Of a stretch of DNA of 64,000 bases, positions 61,701 to 64,000 are shown piece by piece. Made by a program: the position numbers and the translations under genes. The notes under the pieces were generated by a model that saw nothing but the letters and a program-made list of their open reading frames with translations, had not been told where the DNA came from and searched no databases. How positions within the stretch are numbered: position 1 is the first letter of the stretch; each line of letters starts with the position of its first letter. This DNA comes from Candidatus Abzuiibacterium crystallinum (GTDB lineage Bacteria; Omnitrophota; Omnitrophia; Omnitrophales; Abzuiibacteriaceae), in assembly GCA_002787155.1 (NCBI GenBank), contig PCVY01000023.1, forward strand, positions 6,828 to 70,827. Reading direction: 5' to 3'.

Positions 61701-64000
61701 GATGGCGGATGCGCTGGACGGAGAGGTTATTAAGAGAGTACAGTCTTCGATGCTTCCCGTGTTTTTATATCCGCTCCTCCGCCAGCTTGATGCGATTGAA
61801 AACGCCGGTGTATTAGCCAACCAAGCCAGAGCATCTCTTGGGAATCATTTGGTAACCATCGCCGTCTATGTTGATGCCGGTCATTTACCGGCCATGTCAG
61901 GAGTTACGATGAAAGCTTTGGCGCGAATTCAGGGGGATGATCCCGCAGCTAATAATGCCAGAGGCGTGATGACATCGATTTTAAGACAAGTTACAAGACG
62001 CATCGAACCGCATGAACTGCTTCAAATCAAAGGGGCGTTTCTCGCAGAACTCGCAAAACCTCTGGGCAATGGTCAAGAAGCACGCTATGTAAGGTGGGGT
62101 ATTTTTTATTCATTAGAAGAGCTTGCTAAACGGATTGACACGGCAGAACTGCCGCACTTAACGGCCGTGATGCTGAATGAACTAGTGAATACGGCTGAGC
62201 GAACGGATGATACTGCCAATGAAACCAAGCAATCGGTCGGAAGGGTTTTAAAAGAAATTGCTCATCGTATTGATTCTGATGCCCTGCCCGGTCTGATAGC
62301 GCCTGTCGTGGCGGCGTTGGATGGTGTCACAGACCTCAGCAAATCTGCCTACGAAGTTCAAAGCTCTCTCACATCGGCGTTGACAGCAATCGCAAATCGT
62401 GTGCATGAACGGGAACTTCCCCAACTGATTCCGCCGCTTCTTGGGACATTAAAAAAGATTTCGGAAGCAAAAGGCGAAGATGAAAAAAAGGCGGCTGATG
62501 ATGTGAGACTGCACGCGGCGGTTGCCGTCCAGGCAGTGTCTCGGCGTGTTGCTGATGTTCGTGAGATTGATCTGCTTGCTGCGTCCATGACGGATGAACT
62601 TGCGAAATTCAAAGACCCGAATCATTCAACGTTAGCCACACTAAGAGCGGTTGCAGAAGCGCTTGCCGTTATTTATATGAGGCTTCACGATCTTTCATTA
62701 AAAAATGAACCGTTATTTCACGCCCTCAGAGATCTTTTGAAAGTGGAATATGTAGTTGACGCAAAGCTCTTTCCCGCTTATGGAAGCTTGGAAAATGTTA
62801 AACAGATCCTCCAACACGCAGATCCGGCACGGATGACTGCCCAATTGAACGCTTACCGCAAACAATTAATCGCTGAGTATCAAAGAGATCAGGGAACAGG
62901 GATCAGGGATCAGGTGTCGGGGGATGGGGATCAGGGGACGGGGAACAGGTCAAAAGACACGAGAACAAATGAAACCCTTTGGACGGCGGGGGTTACCGGC
63001 GGTGTGAGTGCGGGAGCGGAGATTACAGGAAGAAGTGAAATGCGGAAAAAAGTAGACAGCACTGCCGGTTCTCGCTCCGAACCCCACTTGAGTCCAACCG
63101 ACTCAAGTGCTGTCCGTCCCGAAAAGCCAACCGCTTTTCGAGCGGAACTGCGAACCAAAGATTATTCCCGCATGAGCGTTGATGAATTGTTAAATGAACT
63201 TCAGTCAATCAAAGGATCAACTGATGATGCCAATTGGGCAAGACGAGTCATTACCGATGTCTTCACAGAAATATCAAAAAGAATTGATGAAACCGAACTT
63301 CCCGCTATTTCACAAGCGTTGTTGATCACTTTAAAAGAAATCAAAGGATCAACTATTTATGCCAATATTTATGCCAATTGGGCAAGACGGGCCATTGCCG
63401 ATGCCCTCGGAGAAATATCAAAAAGAATTGCTGAAACCGAACTTCCCGCTCTTTCACAAGCCTTGTTGATTGCTTTAAAAGAAATCAAAGGATCAACTTT
63501 TGATGCCCATCCGGCAAGACGGGCCATTGCTGATGCCTTCCGAGAAATATCAAAAAGAATTGATGAAACCGAACTTCCCGCTATTTCACAAGCCTTGTTG
63601 ATCGCTTTAAAAGAAATCGAAGGATCAACTGATGATGCCAAGCATATGAGATGGGTCATTGTCGATGCCCTCAGAGAAATATCAAAAAGAATTGATGAAA
63701 CTGAACTCATCGCTATTTCACAAGCCTTGTTGGCAGCTTTGAAGAAAATCAAAGGATCAACAACTGATGATTATGCTCATGGTGCAAGAGAGGCTATTGG
63801 CAAAACCCTAGCTGTTATTGTGTTGCGATATCATCAAATCCCTATTTCAGATGAGAGAAATGATTTATTGAGCGCTCTTCAAGATGTCTTTACACTTGAA
63901 ATGAACGGTGTTTCCATCTATCCCATAGAAAACCATCATCCATTGAATAACCCAAACAATTCCATTCATCAAATCTTTAAACAACATGGCCAAAACCACG
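31702..64000 (+). CDS. Giant modular protein, 3' end outside the window (at least 10,766 codons visible): signal/anchor, N-terminal domain, many ARM/HEAT-like repeat cassettes, central hexa-AAA+ (midasin/dynein/MoxR type), HExxH segment, VWA(MIDAS), then more cassettes
   Basis: Frame +1 has a TAA at 31696-31698, an ATG at 31702, and then no stop that I found. I hand-translated about 40 separate 60-nt rows between 31.7 and 64.0 kb. All read sensibly in frame +1 (position mod 3 = 1), for example 35401 MTADELLQALK, 44851 GVTSGGKSTT, 53536 DESGS, 63961 SIHQIFKQHGQNH. The ORF track lists no frame +1 ORF of 60 aa or more here, which is what a single ORF with no stop codon in the window would give. 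All listed + ORFs in this span are frame 2, and the rest are antisense. Confidence 0.9.
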   Translation, partial: MFIPKNIQRAIAFFLAISFSLSNGPTLLLAETYPGSSLPYHASSVNPNAILDSLKLPGELGIVQEVYSAVPGTTVPGSQNPAPAVPGTGIGFKVNQLVILVQNAHANYDSESNVRKIIQFFQEHYQLGLVLLEGGEGKLDPLFFKSFPDGKIKEKLLDQYLKHGDLQGGEAAAILNHSNNPTSYWGIEDETLYQQNKAAFLKAIVQTDQILKQLTQKEAALEENIASLPESSQTFYKAWQAFHADEMNLLEYVKTLAEHTSGTGSVDSVIPARLWRESTVIGALVRSFPELAKLLEVEKGEQALQKSEIDMTVNQLLKEFQSTALPALSVESQKEWGQRIQDYQTGRLGVGFLIKQLESFLTIPDVLKPAIQHAQTISSVRGTEIFHELEHLENAVRDQLPGRERLHQVNELHLLKRFARLEITHEEWKVIASAAKQSQDQGLLRSFHSLAMTEMLKNHFTFYQLALKRDGILSGRILEIMRRESQKVSLVVTGGFHESGIKERLRANGTAYVLISPAIQEVGSNEAYLNAMHDKRSFMKYFQGSYWDALAKDYMQQSSAAAGPQEEKFIFKQWRDQLIQNTLQEGRITQATRYTRYLDSFLQTEGKPADDKVGRKTQLEGAFESFLSTYFKQHQADLNAKLDHFAAGFKNMLTQGTFTQGAVEALLRQTQVLQTAQLAPDLALIPAWNQFHLSEATIETLPDINQPLWLEHKQKSELRSEEVDSDYWYAYGEEFLILMEEVGYRIDETDLEGDITLEVETVSDDRFPKDFSKLAKSVPESDLTRLRDTYIHILKNAIGKSRTLEEIVEGLSTLILRQAGIRLNDRKLIEAITDILLTYKEKGVTGPTLQLRHVYLFPRYGDVNEIIQLLANHRGKRGTLSQTQRQLIAQQLENMKEQWQANYERAQAEKTEEPKVDGQPKTGESLWLEGQPKPELRNAKDYTQMSVKELLVELQSTRSQSSQVNFKILRITSELEQRSEKMLDSEIVATINALLSALMLIEPSSEDALHAHTSLRAVLERLIEEVSQDELVSIIPVLHTTLEQIHGTSSQANMARVTITRILEKLSKKVPLPALASIQNALLLALKLTEGSDIDTSHTRNNIAHCLALVTLRYYQVIHLTDNRLPFISLEKLLSMVSSGPDRISLFPIYGDLEVIGQILQSQDQTNMIQQLNAYREQLMAQYQREQRSGIRGQGTGNSLPDHDPLWTAGVAGGVNAGAGADRAELRNKNYSQMTADELLQALKSVQGTNEASTDTRRALSNALNAAFRRMNQEELPAIFQDSLAAIKEIGESDERTQARDWIAMPLFALIQKIDEDQLAFVFENLIAVLREIKGSSHAAIQVRFSIIQNLILIVHRRHHRSYTSPGDKLAQALHVLFSAASSKVWVFETYGSLHALDQIFESKDDKTIIAKLSAYREQLIALSLREEAPRVKGQEQQDTGGGSGDTDQNDSIWAATVLGPANVSASIKIHSSRSELRMKRRLDPLDQLLNDLKSLKGSGDTTNGIRADLADALTTLGRKLTESQLFLIVDPIITQLEQIEGSRYTANRAKLAITSFINMAASRLSPTQLGGLVKPLFNQIVFKRELEELTSNIPVSFGDSLLEVVREIDQTQLQEVARLLFDYLTNLPDDLEYTNLSLRSICRALTMVFKRIDTFPWSEAVAAFKTLHRNTEQTRTFYPAFPWISDVLAMALLRMHQIEIEKGRDSLFSALSRLLEFHKDDTVLFLRHGDFNEVNSILQSHADRSTKTAQLNHYREQLLALHQREQGAGSREQGTPPHSVGRIRPPAEGIRSQDTDHELWLSGPVGAGAVGVGAAVLNTKSELRTHGDDEYDVMGFESKYWKMDLNELLDELWFILWFNEEGWGKSFDRNTIIEITDHIQRKSKEADQDELVPAARRLFDALEKTVKYFNRDTAAPHLAVARALAAVHWKIHGFNTSEWSNELFLTLEDIFVIAIGEKSLFLSYSSPAAIKQILELKDQNAMIYQLKALREQILAAYQREQGTGDSAAHRRADPSSGGREQEPRDTGSHEPLWTAGVGAGVLLSAKSELRVQFFQIALTKLVDFARQNASLFFRYVINRQKVVERDDDDYEKMSTDELLDDLQFIHLAYAFRHVPPQRRWDISLSLGWRVQKMTKPELLDFSRKLLTILTTTKGSSENAHQIRSAAAGVFKEVVRIIPDTELLAIFKALFSALKITHQSLSVAFSHAARIEERAITDTFEIIRKRMPKADFSQVVDEYLAVLEEIKNRKFLFWEKTIQHQTLHLMGEAVYSFPEAQLRRTAKELIAILRALKDQGGNVNEIRILLLYVFRNIVERLPEADLGGYVTELLSTFDAIKGSNEHAGEAKGDIGHILSKAAERMPPSELPHFADEALIRLESTPNRGNQAYQTTRAMAEALWGFAKAVDPEKADPQKMSKIMNLLLEKLKLIKGKGDNEEWAKIHILLALGAIAKKIPHQELPGLSNAILSELTHYEFNDGLKGRLIDVLIAIADSIDLAELPKISNELLDVLKEMGELNDDEDGGYQTLVTIAVFFEQITPKISETELPRISKAFLTALAAIKGSSYNLDRVRRFVGDVLALISLRINHLPLDNKPLIEQLQKFFSLAPASHSLFPMYGDLNEIGHILKLEDHKQVIAQLNAYQAQLLARYQREQGTPPHSVGRIRPPAEGNREQGTGIRSQDTDHDLWLSGPVGAGIRAELRNKDYSKMTIDELLQALQMGRSDQEAQELKIGIAKVLKESAKTMQPTELQHLSNRLLLLLEAAPAKGRAGRQTIQAVADIYQVIAMKIDPAELPKILEALLTASKLPLKYDVDGRDAKRFITIALTKVAERIPEEKLPTILNYALLELSHYDLDDQLTYSLIFVLDAVANRIQPTELPRILHALLDKLKTIKSLDDKDEEDLIWQVVMIAAFTFKSIAARMSATELPAISKRLLEIRSLAKRDSTQAEKTRDALLAPFPAIAARIDKKELPNLFDQFVDILKNTHRTDASPGSSSNMRLRSRKVLAIIFLRNHQLPLDDETLAKALENLLGIHSPTDSLFPIYGEFSEIDRILRLPGREQMIAQLTIYRKQLIAQSQRDQGTGNREQGTGDGEQGTGIRSQDTESNDTLWVISPAVERSELRTKDYSRMSVDELLNELQSIKGSTIDVNWAREAIADTLTEILKRIDPTKLPAISQALLTALKEIKGFADDANRTRWAITFSFPEILQRIDPTELPAISQALLITLKEIKGLSNATNEARRTITFSFPEILQRIDPTELPAISQALLIALKEIEGSTDAANQARWVIADAFREMPKRIDKSELPAISQTLLAALKEIKGSTIGANQAREAIGKTLAVIVFRHHQIPVTDETNDLLSALQDVFTLEMNGVSIYPIENHHPLNNPDNPIHQIFKQHDQDYAQIMSQLNRYREQLSAQHQRDQGTGNREQGTGIRSQDTDHDLWLSGPVGVGAGLTKAGRQSADHDKRVELRNESPNLEDLSPTDEAREVEVVIKAIHALTDSVWKQPLPRLNTRSNAGAELASLVNQCVHLIRDTKMTVNEQIQLVKAFLHLLESFESLYLKTLVGSASHLQLHWLLRHVMTAIPFGQITPIRHEIYLSQEIARRQGPSRNTTLHIDFLSEILIMLALKQAGFKGTWDTLAVDKIYNTNVWKELGDFYSGTVRVRREGIGFLHQYADDAEINKIINIWLDDSGNLDHTRAEQVITQLKLYIDQLLHQIKIKANEEPGTDDAEQSADSRPEDIWLRGSFRPQGGLGPSKSELRTAKSKSDLGKRLTQLAKDLEAEVEARQIKGLAKQLLENKSTRTKTDAQIESEIKEKAADDAAMDRLIAHLKIARALKEAGNDFLRDYEQTHYLKLAKIQQPNAVLWGLRFLDLDDIQDPEIRRLMGKLQSLLMVNEFFGRSSAAFVESVLTEFIVNTVIGDDFGMTELLTSLDPNQNLIELFQDWGVNVQLKYSREHTGIQALYDIARLYSKVFPEFNNNARTGFITHDFKEMLREPEGDADRNQQARALARGGAAQALNLLTIRLLGLPAGRTMEQQWQELFKITEKGIPNLQKPEHLNGARAEDILAGLAEISKTSQGQLKEVVAELIQGRFKLLVNHDVERFKQIGIIIGFTGIDGFAKIPFGRLREKYHLTEGSEEEGRLLKIVAQISRTAREGTGGLIEEVFDLYSQEAGEHLDDLNKLLQAFSYFVRLVNFHHDYERLVLEGDIGKVNNEALFVSLRDLKRTLDIVKKNDAKGMDIRDAIASAVKRRYYNRLSIEDRGIVRDLMARHRLIHENDLLDFDYVIDGFKNGSSRIRIYRKRKSGPARFKRTEVKPGEYKMELIQESVGKPELLLEIPLAQPLANVDPKIILNETTRRNLANILDALEVEEGKRFNPVLEFGVTSGGKSTTAALVAKILGVGFTRIQINERTDEFDLFGSFQPYEINITLEEAIQLLQEALATNNYNGLEDVFSRLKSDQTGQFWENYFNAQERQTIELGKDSRYPQRSVLERQRAAIRDKLKQLADKQLELAQSLKSLSAQERRLIDSKTDNPVWQAQLAQLRREEAEGFDQLNRIKSIAFMLNHEVGLRYKEGRFLTAYKRGDLILLDEVNLANEEMLGVLYQLLTLGYLEYNGKVIEPPLGKQARILATANPSGYAGRRRMSEAFMNRFEIIHVDEMTDEEMRDIVVGQMMKDLIASGRYTAGDFEQNSDEAPEVWDKKINKILQEEYGITRESTRLLAGVQRKFNSILATGSFPRMGSDSNYVFTLRNLQRIAGDVKERKENGERITLETWIREAYGEYAGVLMRPSTQPSYTAERLKPDESLPAEHHLWDDPDYKTIRRVFTTFMGELIAGESHQSYDDAFDELIRRHFETIPYVYDSTAHAIKLDGLLTQGAEPNDQNPIEPLIEVGSTKMVQRQILKGIRRNIPTLLVGQSGGGKTEIIGDLVNRLGRQYISVSLGDATLESLIGTMEYNRMEKRFVYRRGVLVKAMEEGSVLVLEELNMAKSGILEILNEYFDDGTFTNPFTLKQVAVHRDFRLFATMNPIQGETGENLGRVSLSPALRNRFREIWVPHKKTDAEMNEILIGKFKQLGVEKIEKATGAKIIGFFRAYEEAFKDQADPVYYTSLRDLNRIAKIMAYLINELDMHESDALARAIDRVYRLRMQNSGALAVVDQILIELKIKIPGAGQLSYQSRNGVLEVRDGQTLVAKLDLSLIQAKLRDRIRGELSADTDPAELEALTEKRLKTLLDEAVLVENPRTKAHLLDLMEAVTLPSGEVKKGKFNPIFLLGETAGGKSSLTKYLALHLLGQNYTRIQFNERTDEFDLFGAYEPRELHMGLDRAFRIVQNAMEQGEWVKIKKALKLWQTGALTEDDLSELEMIEKVEERIRTVDLEASQQITKILKDASEEDVLGDPGQKREAERKLKTIAFLIENNMLNVELEFREGRLLQAIRRGDVVVLDEMNLANEEALAVLYQLLTLGYVEYYHKDTRQVERITPAPGFKLMATANPASYAGRHRLSEALMNRFEIHYVMNMTPQEMTEILRGENSHEPVFERDQSFQTTVEKLTLLQENINEALRNGQFPEVSSDQVQGYLFTLRNLKRVLRNTAELLRQGDSSPPSESLIRQAYLEYLGVLGRSDASIKTLQSLFKAPKQFPQFNPDFRISFESMTMPNGQSGILAGGFKVVRRFYEDEAEGVSHDADVIEELEEGATTNLIRQAIAKGLLDSRMAVLLVGQSGGGKTEMIGDLARRLGWRYRSVSLGNATLESLVGGYAMDHETKKFRYIPGILIQAMREGAILVLEEMNMAPSGLLEILNEYFDESTFTNPMTGQKEKIHPNFRLFATMNPEKGVTSTSEGRVGLSPALRSRFSEVWVPHIRTQAETERIIRKKFSNRGVSHVPPKVTEDIYRVYDQYRRFVEEGKIGQESNEGYYVGLRDVVKIIDLVAQDQSRGIPMEEALRFAFKRIFYLRLNSDADRKTVQEEILKTYDMSKTEYQWKSVNDHWVVKRTQWQTAEVPKALLKEKGFILTPQSQEELALLLEAMQRGVTIQGKAAARSFNPMMLFGETSGGKSTLVEIAASIFRTPFTRIQMNQRTDEYDLLGSYHPVEVKLTFEQAYEVVQSVIRQNQTLRTAQVLRALHITDDHVKSVLRINPDQTMPLEQLQKRFLEEHVLANARQGNPKSIEQMKDIGALLLNGVAGIELIFREGMLLQAMGDRETGRPGQVVLLDEFNLANEEAIGILYQLLTLGYIEFQGRKIFPGKGFQLIVSGNPSRYSGRRRMSEAFMNRFEILNRPSMTKEEMVKILTEKYALEASGISKSGIEALVDLQFDIEETAQSIGFDFFNQDNTYRFSLRNLERIVQDLKKRMEVEPERSVQVMLREEAYLEYAGLLSQSTDEDDPKKNNLKVLAGLFKKHFNWEIDPETVLPEFKKQTLVKGEDEWISLNGVRVRKLSPHQMLESLQLELNEEIRSGALADDDGGKLVLLTEANLVRILAQVEKRLASHDPLSRKEIMREEARTEYLKMLGESPRLVKRLDELINQHFYTQAERIEPLVELKSTRLVRMQILKGFRDGGVIRSRDTEGREVLNHRSQPVLLVGQSGGGKTEEIADAARELNRPYISVALGAATIESLIGSFVLNSETGTFEFRKGIMVRAMEEGSALTLEELNMAESSIIEVLNEYFDRGTMTIQERNVPIRIHPNFRLFATMNPTEGRTGRNAGRIPLSPALRSRFREVWVRNERNKGEQYRLMLGGIHALVSSLITRGLPEDRPDELENLELDWTRRRLAETAGQQVQFASSESLSAALKAGPSITLPRHDSSAIRMAKASEDGTPKEKPTSKEWERMAINERKRIYEEQFRIVSHGIMNIMSSDEAIELGLSRDGSHHWAYAPSINTLIYNSREIMTLSLDALIGVGVHESMHRYGTRYTSLFADFLDAQSLAGSFFNILEDGRIENWARYRFRGVERPLRTLNDEIIFDFEDDNEMVERMIKTSKDGKDIGHAGAIGNFFLYLAKRGSDPGAGKVIEKFLKAFEERDPALKEDIENLMQAGYFGGARDEDIIDAARQRKAQGVFSAIPVSPDDVGVYRVDPNPSEETILQLAIHQGILIRDFIMPVVYKWAVLQAEGEGSGKSGSGGAPGRGKIVIRPGKPGEESTPISPREWKKIWDSLSENDKKKILDTLDDLKKKAQDRTAKDSIDHKNAAIDAEITEPKSERDRLMSQMGKMIHELAGYLRDLIQNTIRPKEITGLKKGRIDVRRLMNAMARGFTDMRFYKQRIIPDKKDIKFTLIIDESGSMAGMGESGKGPEDNAAAKGYRTLMGAALLMEVLETLGIDFAVRGYGDDTFLHKRFKGQRIELSDQRAHFPPVPDGYATRKEKDTLIDDLYGSIGNHGGNNEGPALQAAIRDILKAGGEKHFVIVITDAMGDTKAIQEILDEVRAKKGMIGSTQTEFIAIGLGNDTESVPEVYGSEHGFWLHDDEVHKLPSEIKKLLQNVIRGVYAPGSGTPSRFSQFGKRMTDSASMAGAAGVGASTASASSAARSHSELRADDLESKVRKIIIRLARSQGDGLSAEQEHTDMLRRLGVLANRRSPEEVFEIVIEMMADETVGFSRKENAIRRAIMEAFLKELTPSAVLTSSAINELQDLMHTLAREAHSPEAQAEIDVIKSRIKELRLKLIMRQEVFTYAKITQLLSLDPSETVDLFLESLLSGDYSSGVDRKRMASNFGNLISNLNGELLLQTTEQIIEAIRTDPRAHIDPYENLEKYGSKIAYERHSILLEGLLVAVKKVDRSILQSIVDCMVQDLQYERSKKLKAEILAIALLRQENIITTNPSQEEKSLINALVNLPGRSTFQTSDLKEITLMLQHAKPKRGRLSSQAIKVLREQIKNFDEQIRARATRAQNENEQRSEDNLLPPDTESELWLENPRAELRTENDGSRRVDQLLKELQSIQGSSDEANRIRRDIGRALKKTVEENAIIDPSHAAQVLISTLHQIKGSNAGAYKAKEAIGWALAEVAKKIETTELPKISQAFISVLEAIEGSSAAATNLRLNAAWMLDGTAQRIDLTELPAIFQALISALGQLRGSDAGTRNGRTDFGFVLTDIVFRYHQLAPYLESSESELHSAMRNLMTMLSFSDDVPLFPRYGDWDTLHQIFEMGDSKKIIQNLKKFREQIFAQYQREQRSGDREQGTRDRLQDTGTNETLWTAGVAGSVSAGAFVPAARSELRTKNYFRTAVDKLLRKLRSMRVHRLLRELKGLIGNTTSDAHWARLDIAGALIRISKKTDSTDLPAVTQALFLVLSTTERSSSLGLEEERRLGVFRALREISKRIDSAELSAILHALFSVLRETKGSFVSAAYERRAIANIFIEISRRIDQTELPAMMQGLLSVLLEVFEDSGSADHDAIEAVAGVLNEISKRIDQANLLNFTQALLLALSEIKGSNQDASTARTKIAIVLREISKSIADTELPTVTQALLKALNESEGFDTYASDARAQIAVALEEILKRIDETELPAVAQALISISNKFKSLGYSFWPNSTIQEALAVIVFRHHQMPVTDETNDLLSALQDVFTLEMNGVSIYPIENHHPLNNPDNPIHQIFKQHGQDHAQIMSQLNRYREQLSAQHQREQRSGDRGQGTGNSLPDQDSLWAAGVGLGTFLFTARNELRNGWLAERGHYLVHRFVHMVYGIRIKFRKKDHITERVLALINELKSLKGSGPDVVQSITDLATSLVENLKHIDQKDLPYVLDVLLSTLKQIKGSDDRATDARVWITTVLGTMVDRLDKKERTKLVKEFLSISRQMKGTMVNNIFVWTNILQTFAAMLAYLDDHERPLIIEELVTALKDIEDPTGNADLIRKNISETLSIFFFHRHGYPDLENKDPLFVALKKLFGATQNAVSLFPRYGDLTEVDRILQLEDREKIISQLNAYREQLMAQYQRDQRSGNRDQVSGDGGQGSGNRSQDMNDDLWLVGLAGAAAVHRTELRGVESLFRQLINLVRSALGRKQPAGSLKTKLHALIGMRTEEAHQQRASLLVQLKNEVSYASLSELTVIISVLFDLIKAYEDSSQSEQALIRSIFKKVIKRLDQTELLHLSQRLLGVFQSMDSSEYLAHQARESLVKAFIAVTQNIDYSAFPRVIEIMLNFAQSRELQYDIGGTRGEPARLRFELAPALAAMVKRVPRNKRLQTIQFLLDHLRLMAQTYETVNMGSEIVRYSLNEITEQMDSRALLDLTQLLWRTLELLEDSSRSAFDVKFRILYVLDDVIGKEAEVNSSRLTEDWRHRIDQLISYLRRTPNHKRDTFDIRWMVRRILMTITSKLEGPRLNDAVAGLLDQLESIHDSDDVSNGARQVIADVLAKAVHGYDKALLSRAASVLFETSKLIVTQNQEANQAKAAYGKVLVEIVLRLDESALSALVAPLGQLLDSVIPIHKDRVIQYERDSLGAALSIVILRLHQINFHYVRDPSAYPDPNDYIDFLQYNIAMLFNLYIEDPSFSAQTKWDAIEQFTRDVMGDDQVLPEAKREALMGKIGTYREQLDAAYKRHQSEEGGSQDTGPEVQDEPGDSLWLARASTGKSELREDALSRMTENQLFDALISISFHDDTTIFHRYAGPLIWELAARVRRIKNPLSQEVLLQMVPKLLEVYLRHKVVEEWLDQLRQEIDHTLSDIAKRLKNQERTEMLKMILDFLYSFPGAGVELNRVRVTAGDVLREIARGTDAEELPDLLNSVLSIYQAIKGSDRDANQARWRMGSALKEIAKRIDSSQLLPLVTPLLDSLSLMADPRDPSSAYANTAYRTVANILRTIVKRIDPHQLPEIKAPLLGALTHIQGDTEAARFARGDISRLLAEHYLRSHGLALSGRGGNLLKAFADVFAAASPDGISVFPLYGDQKEIDRLFQSAADKNGRIAPQMRQQLISQLQTYQEQLIAAYQRDQRSGNRDQGTGNRSQDTGTDETLWAAGVAGSVSAGAIASAARSEPSTRSELRSKDYFHQATENLLRELAALQGSSDDVNQRRKWMADALDGEVIKRVQSSMLPVFLYPLLRQLDAIENAGVLANQARASLGNHLVTIAVYVDAGHLPAMSGVTMKALARIQGDDPAANNARGVMTSILRQVTRRIEPHELLQIKGAFLAELAKPLGNGQEARYVRWGIFYSLEELAKRIDTAELPHLTAVMLNELVNTAERTDDTANETKQSVGRVLKEIAHRIDSDALPGLIAPVVAALDGVTDLSKSAYEVQSSLTSALTAIANRVHERELPQLIPPLLGTLKKISEAKGEDEKKAADDVRLHAAVAVQAVSRRVADVREIDLLAASMTDELAKFKDPNHSTLATLRAVAEALAVIYMRLHDLSLKNEPLFHALRDLLKVEYVVDAKLFPAYGSLENVKQILQHADPARMTAQLNAYRKQLIAEYQRDQGTGIRDQVSGDGDQGTGNRSKDTRTNETLWTAGVTGGVSAGAEITGRSEMRKKVDSTAGSRSEPHLSPTDSSAVRPEKPTAFRAELRTKDYSRMSVDELLNELQSIKGSTDDANWARRVITDVFTEISKRIDETELPAISQALLITLKEIKGSTIYANIYANWARRAIADALGEISKRIAETELPALSQALLIALKEIKGSTFDAHPARRAIADAFREISKRIDETELPAISQALLIALKEIEGSTDDAKHMRWVIVDALREISKRIDETELIAISQALLAALKKIKGSTTDDYAHGAREAIGKTLAVIVLRYHQIPISDERNDLLSALQDVFTLEMNGVSIYPIENHHPLNNPNNSIHQIFKQHGQNH
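32989..33059. mobile_element. MITE-like palindrome embedded in frame in the giant ORF
   Basis: GTCATTGCGAG (32989-32999) / CTCGCAATGAC (33049-33059), with inner GAAGCAATC (33006-33014) / GATTGCTTC (33026-33034). It is the same family as the intergenic copy at 11504-11585. It is translated as VIASAAKQSQDQGLLRSFHSLAMT. Confidence 0.7.
37029..37067. repeat. GC-rich motif, copy 1 in the giant gene
   Basis: TCCGCCACACAGCGTCGGGCGGATCCGTCCTCCGGCGGA. The core lies at 37046-37067 and is read as (G)RIRPPAE, shifted by one nucleotide relative to the 19037 copy. Confidence 0.8.
37720..37758. repeat. GC-rich motif, copy 2 in the giant gene
   Basis: TCCGCCGCACATCGTCGGGCGGATCCGTCCTCCGGCGGA, with the core at 37737-37758. 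Confidence 0.8.
39666..39704. repeat. GC-rich motif, copy 3 in the giant gene
   Basis: TCCGCCACACAGCGTCGGGCGGATCCGTCCTCCGGCGGA is identical to copy 1 over 39 nt. Confidence 0.8.
40939..40994 (+). repeat. Heptanucleotide microsatellite (CAGGGAA)4 plus two degenerate 14-mers, coding for an inter-cassette linker
   Basis: There are four perfect CAGGGAA units (40939-40966), then CAGGGGACGGGGAA and CAGGGGACGGGGAT. The translation cycles through all three phases (QGTGNREQGTG...). Confidence 0.85.
41120..41710 (+). repeat. Tandem 132-bp (44-aa) ARM/HEAT-like coding repeats, ~5 units
   Basis: TGCAAAGAATTGATCCAACCGAACTCCCCGCTATTTCACAAGC recurs at 41321 and 41453, exactly 132 nt apart. The unit consensus is a.R.aIa.a..EI.KRID.TELPAISQALL.ALKEIKGS. 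Confidence 0.85.
41959..41993 (+). repeat. Heptanucleotide microsatellite (CAGGGAA)3 plus one 14-mer, a paralogous linker
   Basis: There are three perfect units (41959-41979), then CAGGGGACGGGGAT. The flanks match the 40939 tract but the unit count differs. Confidence 0.85.
44770..45740 (+). other. AAA+ module 1 (type A, AAA_5/dynein-midasin-MoxR type) of the giant protein
   Basis: Walker A GVTSGGKST (44851-44877). It has RIQINERTDEFDLFGSF and Walker B LILLDEVNLA (DE at 45475-45480). It also has ATANPSGYAGRRRMSEAFMNRFEIIHV. Confidence 0.85.
46390..46960 (+). other. AAA+ module 2 (type B)
   Basis: Walker A GQSGGGKTE (46453-46479). The Walker B-like motif VLVLEELNMA has EE at 46654-46659. It has FRLFATMNP...GRVSLSPALRNRFREIWV. 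Confidence 0.85.
47500..48300 (+). other. AAA+ module 3 (type A)
   Basis: Walker A GETAGGKSS (47527-47553). It has RIQFNERTDEFDLFGAY and Walker B VVVLDEMNLA (DE at 48040-48045). It also has ATANPASYAGRHRLSEALMNRFEIHYV. Confidence 0.85.
48790..49330 (+). other. AAA+ module 4 (type B)
   Basis: Walker A GQSGGGKTE (48865-48891). The motif ILVLEEMNMA has EE at 49066-49071. It has FRLFATMNP...GRVGLSPALRSRFSEVWV. Confidence 0.85.
49780..50590 (+). other. AAA+ module 5 (type A)
   Basis: Walker A GETSGGKST (49855-49881). It has RIQMNQRTDEYDLLGSY and Walker B VVLLDEFNLA (DE at 50347-50352). It also has SGNPSRYSGRRRMSEAFMNRFEILN. Confidence 0.85.
51350..51900 (+). other. AAA+ module 6 (type B)
   Basis: Walker A GQSGGGKTE (51457-51483). 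The motif ALTLEELNMA has EE at 51658-51663. It has FRLFATMNP...GRIPLSPALRSRFREVWV. Confidence 0.85.
52300..52570 (+). other. HExxH zincin-like segment of the giant protein
   Basis: LIGVGVHESMHRYGT carries HESMH at 52414-52428. NILEDGRIENW follows ~25 residues later. The pattern resembles the putative metallopeptidase module found N-terminal to some VWA-like domains (DUF2201_N type, from memory). Confidence 0.5.
53500..54130 (+). other. von Willebrand factor A domain with a MIDAS motif
   Basis: KDIKFTLIIDESGSMAG carries the DxSxS motif DESGS at 53536-53550. Later it has GGNNEGPALQAAI and FVIVITDAMGD, which fit the remaining MIDAS-loop positions. Confidence 0.8.
56440..57240 (+). repeat. Array of ~44-46-aa ARM/HEAT-like coding repeats (~6 units, more diverged)
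   Basis: The pattern ...ISK(R/K)ID..(E/D)L(P/S)A..QAL...L.E.KGS... recurs through this span. The antisense ORF 56988..57236 is its shadow. Confidence 0.7.
63190..63800 (+). repeat. Tandem ~132-bp (44-aa) ARM/HEAT-like coding repeats, ~5 units; paralogous to 41120-41710
   Basis: GAAATATCAAAAAGAATTGATGAAACCGAACTTCCCGCTATTTCACAAGCC recurs with few changes. The antisense ORF 63369..63752 is its shadow. Confidence 0.85.
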